Source: an uncultured Gemmatimonadales bacterium
GTDB lineage: Bacteria > Gemmatimonadota > Gemmatimonadetes > Gemmatimonadales > GWC2-71-9
Assembly (NCBI GenBank): GCA_963695555.1
Contig: CAVOGR010000005.1
Location: forward strand, 192,001 to 256,000
Direction of reading: 5' to 3'
DNA: 64,000 nucleotides
Below are positions 59,254 to 64,000 of this stretch, one piece after another. The position numbers were made by a program, and so were the translations under genes. Within the stretch, counting starts at the first letter, position 1; the number at the start of each line of letters is the position of its first letter. The notes beneath the pieces are model-generated. The model was not told the origin of the DNA, did not search any database, and saw only the letters and a list, made by a program, of their open reading frames with translations.

Positions 59254-60450
59254 GTGCTGGCGGGACGCCGCGTCCTCCTCGGTCTTTCGGGTGGGATTGC
59301 CAGCTATAAGAGCTGCTATCTCGCCCGGGCTCTGACGGAACGCGGCGCGTTGGTTACCACCGTCATGACACGCGGGGCCGCCGAGTTCGTCGGCCCCGCC
59401 ACCTTTGAGGCGCTCACGCACCAGCCCGTGCTCCGCTCGGTCTGGGAACCAGGCCATGCGCTCGATCACGTGCGATTGGCGCAGGAGTCCGATCTCATCG
59501 TTGTCGCCCCGGCCACCGCGCATGTGATAGCCCGCGCGGCCCAAGGGTTGGCCGATGATCTACTGACGACCATCCTGGTTGCGGCCACCGTCCCCATTCT
59601 CATGGCGCCCGCGATGAACGACGCCATGTTCGCCCACCCCGCGACCCGGGCGAATCTCGCGACGCTCGAGTCACGCGGCGTGCGGTTCGTCGGGCCTGAT
59701 GCCGGGGCCTTGGCGGAAGGACCCTCCAGCCTGCCGGGCCGGATGAGCGAACCCGACGTGATCCTGGCCCACGTGCTTCGGTTGTTGGCCGGGAGCGGCC
59801 CGCTCAGCGGTCGGCGAGTGTTGGTGACCGCCGGCCCCACGCGGGAAGCGATCGACCCCATTCGGTTCTTGAGCAATCGGTCGAGCGGTCTGATGGGGCA
59901 TCGTCTGGCGGAGGTGGCATGGGAGCGCGGCGCCGATGTCACGTTGATCACCGGGCCGACCGCACTGCCGGCCCCGGTCGGTGCCCGCGTCGTGCGGATC
60001 GAGACCACGCGTGAACTCGAAGACGCGGTTCGCCGCGAATTACCCCAAGCCGACGTGCTCATCATGGCTGCCGCGCCCTCGGATTATCGCCCAACCTCGG
60101 CGAGCGATACCAAGCGACCACGCAGCACGGGCGATTGGTCGCTCCCGCTCGAACCGACGGCCGATATCCTGAGCGCGACCCGCGCCGTGCGCAAGGCGGG
60201 AAGCATCATCGTTGGGTTCGCGCTGGAAACCGGGGACGCCCTGGCGAAGGGGCGCACCAAGCTCGAGCAGAAGGGGCTCGATCTGATCGTGATCAACGAC
60301 GCCCTGGAGCCCGGCGCGGGTTTCGATGTCGACACCAACCGCGTGACGATCGTGTCCAAGACCCACGACGAATGGGACCTTCCGCTGCAATCGAAACGCG
60401 ACGTTGCGGTCGGCATCCTCGAGCGAGTGGAGCGGTATCTTGTCCCTTAG
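59254..60450 (+). CDS. coaBC: Bifunctional phosphopantothenoylcysteine decarboxylase/synthetase
   Basis: GGIASYK, APATA, PAMN, TAGPTREAIDPIRFLSNRSSG, GFALET. Confidence 0.95.
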   Translation: MLAGRRVLLGLSGGIASYKSCYLARALTERGALVTTVMTRGAAEFVGPATFEALTHQPVLRSVWEPGHALDHVRLAQESDLIVVAPATAHVIARAAQGLADDLLTTILVAATVPILMAPAMNDAMFAHPATRANLATLESRGVRFVGPDAGALAEGPSSLPGRMSEPDVILAHVLRLLAGSGPLSGRRVLVTAGPTREAIDPIRFLSNRSSGLMGHRLAEVAWERGADVTLITGPTALPAPVGARVVRIETTRELEDAVRRELPQADVLIMAAAPSDYRPTSASDTKRPRSTGDWSLPLEPTADILSATRAVRKAGSIIVGFALETGDALAKGRTKLEQKGLDLIVINDALEPGAGFDVDTNRVTIVSKTHDEWDLPLQSKRDVAVGILERVERYLVP

Positions 60451-61204
60451 ACGCCGATACCTCGCGCAGCAGGCGGAACTCGGCGGCCCCGAAGTGATTC
60501 TGCCCAACGGACAGCCGGAGCTCGCAGCCGGTGCTGCAGGGCCCCCTCCCCGATCGGAGGACGAGCCGGCGTGGAAGCGCGGTGCGCCGCCGATTCCAGG
60601 TCCCGGCCTCACAGTCGACCTACCCGAGCCATCCCTAATTGAAACGGCGGAGACCTACCCGTCGCTCGACGCACTCGCGGAGGCGGTACGGCGTTGCACC
60701 CGTTGCCCGCTGTGTGAGAGCCGCACCCATGGCGTGCCGGGAGAGGGTCATGCAGCCGCGCGGCTCATGCTGATCGGGGAAGGGCCCGGTGCGCGCGAGG
60801 ATGCCACCGGGCGCCCGTTTGTGGGGCCGGCGGGGAAGCTCCTGGACGAGATACTTGCGGCAATCGATATCTCGCGGCAGAGTGTATTCATAGCGAATAT
60901 CGTCAAGTGCCGGCCTCCGCAGAACCGGAAGCCTTTGCCGGATGAAGCCGCGGCCTGCCTCCCGTACCTTCACCGCCAGATCACGCTGATCGCACCAAAG
61001 GTCATCGTCGCGCTTGGCGGGACGGCCGCGGAGGGTTTGCTTGGCGTTCGAAAGAGCCTTGGAGACTTGCGCGGAGCGGTCCATACGTTTGGCGGCATCC
61101 CGCTGATCGTCACGTACCATCCGGCGGCCTTGCTCCGCAACCCGAACTGGAAGAAGCCCACCTGGGATGACGTCCGTATCGCCCGGCAACTTCTCGACCG
61201 CTGA
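60440..61204 (+). CDS. Family 4 uracil-DNA glycosylase
   Basis: CTRCPLC, IGEGPG..ED, KCRPP.NR, TYHPA; start estimated at TTG 60440. Confidence 0.92.
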   Translation: MSLRRRYLAQQAELGGPEVILPNGQPELAAGAAGPPPRSEDEPAWKRGAPPIPGPGLTVDLPEPSLIETAETYPSLDALAEAVRRCTRCPLCESRTHGVPGEGHAAARLMLIGEGPGAREDATGRPFVGPAGKLLDEILAAIDISRQSVFIANIVKCRPPQNRKPLPDEAAACLPYLHRQITLIAPKVIVALGGTAAEGLLGVRKSLGDLRGAVHTFGGIPLIVTYHPAALLRNPNWKKPTWDDVRIARQLLDR

Positions 61205-62570
61205 TCCCTACGTCGGCCGCTCGGCGCCATGGAGCGCGGAAGCGGAGCAGGCGGTGCTCGCCGCCATGCTACTCGACCAGGACGCGGCCCTGCGCGCAGC
61301 GGAACTCCTCGACGACACCATGTTTTACCGGGAGGCCCATCGACGGCTCTTCCGCACCATGCTGGCGCTCACCGAACGCCGGGTCGTCATCGACCATGTG
61401 ACCCTCAATGATGAACTGCTGCGCCGTGGCGAACTGGAAGCGGCAGGCGGCGTGGACTATCTGGCTGAACTGGTCGACGCCGTGCCGACCACGGCCAACC
61501 TCGAATACCACGCGAAGATCGTCCGCGACAAGGCCATCCTCCGCCGGTTGATCGAGACCGCCACGTCGGTCATCTCCGAGGCATATGAAGGGCGCAGCAC
61601 TGCCGGCGATCTGCTGGACACCGCCGAATCGCGCATCTTCCAAATCTCCCAGGAGCGCGGGGACGAAGGGTTCATGCGCATCAAGGAGATGCTGTGGCCC
61701 ACCATGGAGCGCATCGAATCGCTCCAGCGCAGCGGCAAAAGTATTACCGGTGTCGCGAGCGGGTTCGCAGATTTGGATGAAATGACATCCGGATTTCAAA
61801 GATCCGAACTGGTCATCGTTGCGGCCCGGCCGTCGATGGGGAAGACGGCGCTGTGCCTGAACCTTGCCACCCACGCCTCGGTCGAGGCCGACTGCGGCGT
61901 GGCCATCTTCTCGCTCGAGATGTCCAAGGAGGCCTTGGTGCAGCGGATGCTGTGCGCTGAGGCAATGGTGGATAGCCAGCGCGTCCGTCAGGGTCGATTA
62001 CGCGACGAGGACTTCACGCGCTTGGCCCGGGCGGCCGGCGTCCTGCAGAACTGCAAGCTGTGGATCGACGACACGCCGGCCCTCAATCTATTGGAGATGC
62101 GGTCCAAGGCCCGGCGGCTCAAGGTGGAGCACGATATCAGCCTGGTCATCGTCGATTACCTCCAGCTCATGCGAGGCCCCGAGCGCGCGGAGAACCGGGT
62201 CCAGGAAATCTCCGAAATCTCACGGTCGCTCAAGGGTCTGGCCAAAGAATTGGACATTCCCGTTGTCGCGCTGTCGCAATTGTCGCGGGCGTCGGAACAG
62301 CGTGGTGGCGATCGCCGGCCGATCCTGTCCGATTTGCGGGACTCCGGCGCCATCGAACAAGACGCCGATATCGTGATCTTCATTCACCGACCCGAGATGT
62401 ACGAGGGGCCGGTCGACAAAGACGGCAACAGTCTCGAGGGCAAGGCGGAAATCATCGTCGGCAAGCACCGCAACGGGCCCACCGGCAAGGTCGAGTTGTT
62501 CTTCCATAAATCCTTCACCCGTTTCGAAAGCTTCACGGATCGGCCCGAGCCGTCCGGCAATGGCGCGTAA
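61167..62570 (+). CDS. dnaB: Replicative DNA helicase
   Basis: AARPSMGKT, SLEM, DYLQL, SQLSR, LRDSGAIEQDAD, KHRNGPTG; no intein. Confidence 0.97.
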   Translation: MTSVSPGNFSTADPYVGRSAPWSAEAEQAVLAAMLLDQDAALRAAELLDDTMFYREAHRRLFRTMLALTERRVVIDHVTLNDELLRRGELEAAGGVDYLAELVDAVPTTANLEYHAKIVRDKAILRRLIETATSVISEAYEGRSTAGDLLDTAESRIFQISQERGDEGFMRIKEMLWPTMERIESLQRSGKSITGVASGFADLDEMTSGFQRSELVIVAARPSMGKTALCLNLATHASVEADCGVAIFSLEMSKEALVQRMLCAEAMVDSQRVRQGRLRDEDFTRLARAAGVLQNCKLWIDDTPALNLLEMRSKARRLKVEHDISLVIVDYLQLMRGPERAENRVQEISEISRSLKGLAKELDIPVVALSQLSRASEQRGGDRRPILSDLRDSGAIEQDADIVIFIHRPEMYEGPVDKDGNSLEGKAEIIVGKHRNGPTGKVELFFHKSFTRFESFTDRPEPSGNGA

Positions 62571-63927
62571 GGTCCGGTCGGTCTACTGCTGCGCCGAGTG
62601 TGGCCATCAGCACCCCAAATGGGTTGGGCGCTGTGACGGCTGCGGCGCGTGGAACTCCGTTACCGAGGAACCGGTTGCCGAGCCCGCGGGACTCCGCGGA
62701 AGGCGTTCTCGCACCGACCGGGTACACCCCGCCGTACCCCACCGTCTGATCGACCTGGCAACGCCGCGCCTCTCCCGCTGGAAGACCGGGCTCGACGAGT
62801 TCGATTTCGTTCTGGGTGGCGGTATCGTGCCCGGTTCGCTCACGCTCATCGGCGGAGAGCCGGGCATCGGGAAGTCGACGCTGCTGCTGCAAGCCGCGGC
62901 ACGACTCGAAACCGAGGGGCACGCGGTGCTCTACGCCAGCGGCGAGGAGTCACCCGAGCAGCTGCAGCTCCGGGCCGCACGGCTGGAGGAAGACACGGGA
63001 TCGGTCCACGTGCTGGGTGAAACCCGGCTCGAGGCTGTCTGCGCCGCCGCCGCGGCCCTCGAGGCCCGGGTGTTGATGCTCGACTCCATCCAAACGGTCT
63101 ATACCGACGCTCTCGAGAGCGCGCCGGGAAGTGTCGGCCAGGTCCGCGAGTCGGCCGCGGCACTCATGCGCTTCGCCAAGGAGAGCGGTACGGCCGTCAT
63201 GGTCGTGGGACACGTCACCAAGGGCGGCGGCATCGCTGGGCCGAAGACCCTCGAACACATCGTCGATACTGTCCTCTACTTCGAGGGGGAATCCACCCTC
63301 GACTATCGGCTGCTCCGCGCGACGAAGAATCGTTTCGGGTCGGTCGATGAGCTTGGCGTGTTTGCCATGACTGACCGCGGGCTCCAGCCCGTCCCCAATC
63401 CCTCAGCCGTCTTCCTTGCCGCGCGTGCGGTGGGAAGTCCGGGTAGCGCCGTCACCGCACTCATCGAAGGCACGCGCCCCGTGCTGGTCGAGGTCCAGGC
63501 GCTCGCGTCACCGTCCGGGTACGGCACGCCGCAGCGCGTGGCCACCGGACTCGATCCGCGGCGGCTCGCAGTGCTCCTGGCAGTGCTCGAGCGCCGAACC
63601 AGCTCGTCATTTGCCAACCAGGACGTGTTCGTCCAAGTGAGTGGGGGCGTGCGGGTCACCGAACCCGCCGCCGACTTGGCGGTGGCGGCGGCCCTGGTAT
63701 CGAGCCTCTGTAACCGCCCGACGCCCGCCGACGGACTCTATGTCGGGGAGATCGGGCTCGGCGGGGAAGTGCGACCCATCGCCGGACTCGACCGGCGGCT
63801 GGCCGAAGCATCCAGGCTCGGGTTCCACACCGTGTTCGGCTCAGGCCGCGGCGCGACTCGGGTGCCCGGCGTCGAGCTGGTCAGCATGAACCACGTCGAT
63901 GCGCTGGTGCAGAACTTTGCCGCGTGA
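62560..63927 (+). CDS. radA: DNA repair protein RadA/Sms
   Basis: C..CG....W.GRC..C zinc finger, GEPGIGKST, KNRFG. Confidence 0.97.
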   Translation: MARKVRSVYCCAECGHQHPKWVGRCDGCGAWNSVTEEPVAEPAGLRGRRSRTDRVHPAVPHRLIDLATPRLSRWKTGLDEFDFVLGGGIVPGSLTLIGGEPGIGKSTLLLQAAARLETEGHAVLYASGEESPEQLQLRAARLEEDTGSVHVLGETRLEAVCAAAAALEARVLMLDSIQTVYTDALESAPGSVGQVRESAAALMRFAKESGTAVMVVGHVTKGGGIAGPKTLEHIVDTVLYFEGESTLDYRLLRATKNRFGSVDELGVFAMTDRGLQPVPNPSAVFLAARAVGSPGSAVTALIEGTRPVLVEVQALASPSGYGTPQRVATGLDPRRLAVLLAVLERRTSSSFANQDVFVQVSGGVRVTEPAADLAVAAALVSSLCNRPTPADGLYVGEIGLGGEVRPIAGLDRRLAEASRLGFHTVFGSGRGATRVPGVELVSMNHVDALVQNFAA

Positions 63928-64000
63928 CGTCGGTGCCATCATCGTCGCGGCGGGACGCGGAAGTCGGATGGGTGGCACGCTGCCCAAGCCGTTTCGCATG
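63917..64000 (+). CDS. ispD: IspD-like cytidylyltransferase, N-terminal fragment
   Basis: TTG start; MPRDVGAIIVAAGRGSRMGGTLPKPF nucleotidyltransferase signature; follows radA. Confidence 0.75.
   Translation, partial: MPRDVGAIIVAAGRGSRMGGTLPKPFRM

Noticed and set aside
424..63889. Many long antisense or alternate-frame ORFs in the track (e.g. 424-1638, 20121-21488, 32065-33438, 57538-58614)
   Set aside because: Shadow ORFs typical of high-GC DNA, overlapping well-supported genes.

Overview
High-GC bacterial chromosome segment, most likely Gemmatimonadota (inferred from protein content and the yicC-gmk-rpoZ-coaBC-udg-dnaB-radA-ispD gene order; not verified by search). It contains recQ, a reductive pyrimidine catabolism cluster lacking dihydropyrimidinase, three tandem lipoprotein paralogs with a shared N-domain and swapped C-domains, and rne/rng-rplU-rpmA. 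It also carries a TetR(PaaR-like)-led aromatic acyl-CoA catabolic operon with a short BoxB-like di-iron protein, an ECF sigma/anti-sigma/NfeD-flotillin block, a CarH-like B12 photoreceptor divergent from a fasciclin gene, tRNA-Leu(CAA), and core housekeeping genes. Four observations stand out. (1) A tandem double tyrosine phenol-lyase gene has two reciprocally degenerate halves, suggesting a single-chain pseudo-dimer with one composite active site; it is split by one extra base, probably an assembly artefact. (2) A family of dispersed 7-8 bp G-rich/C-rich repeat arms flanks a four-helix-bundle gene and also occurs as 'empty' hairpins and solo arms at gene boundaries. (3) An orphan 41-aa RiPP precursor has a lasso-type leader but a non-lasso core. 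(4) The BoxB-like ring-epoxidation operon is minimal, with no reductase or ligase. No CRISPR array, integrase or transposase was seen.
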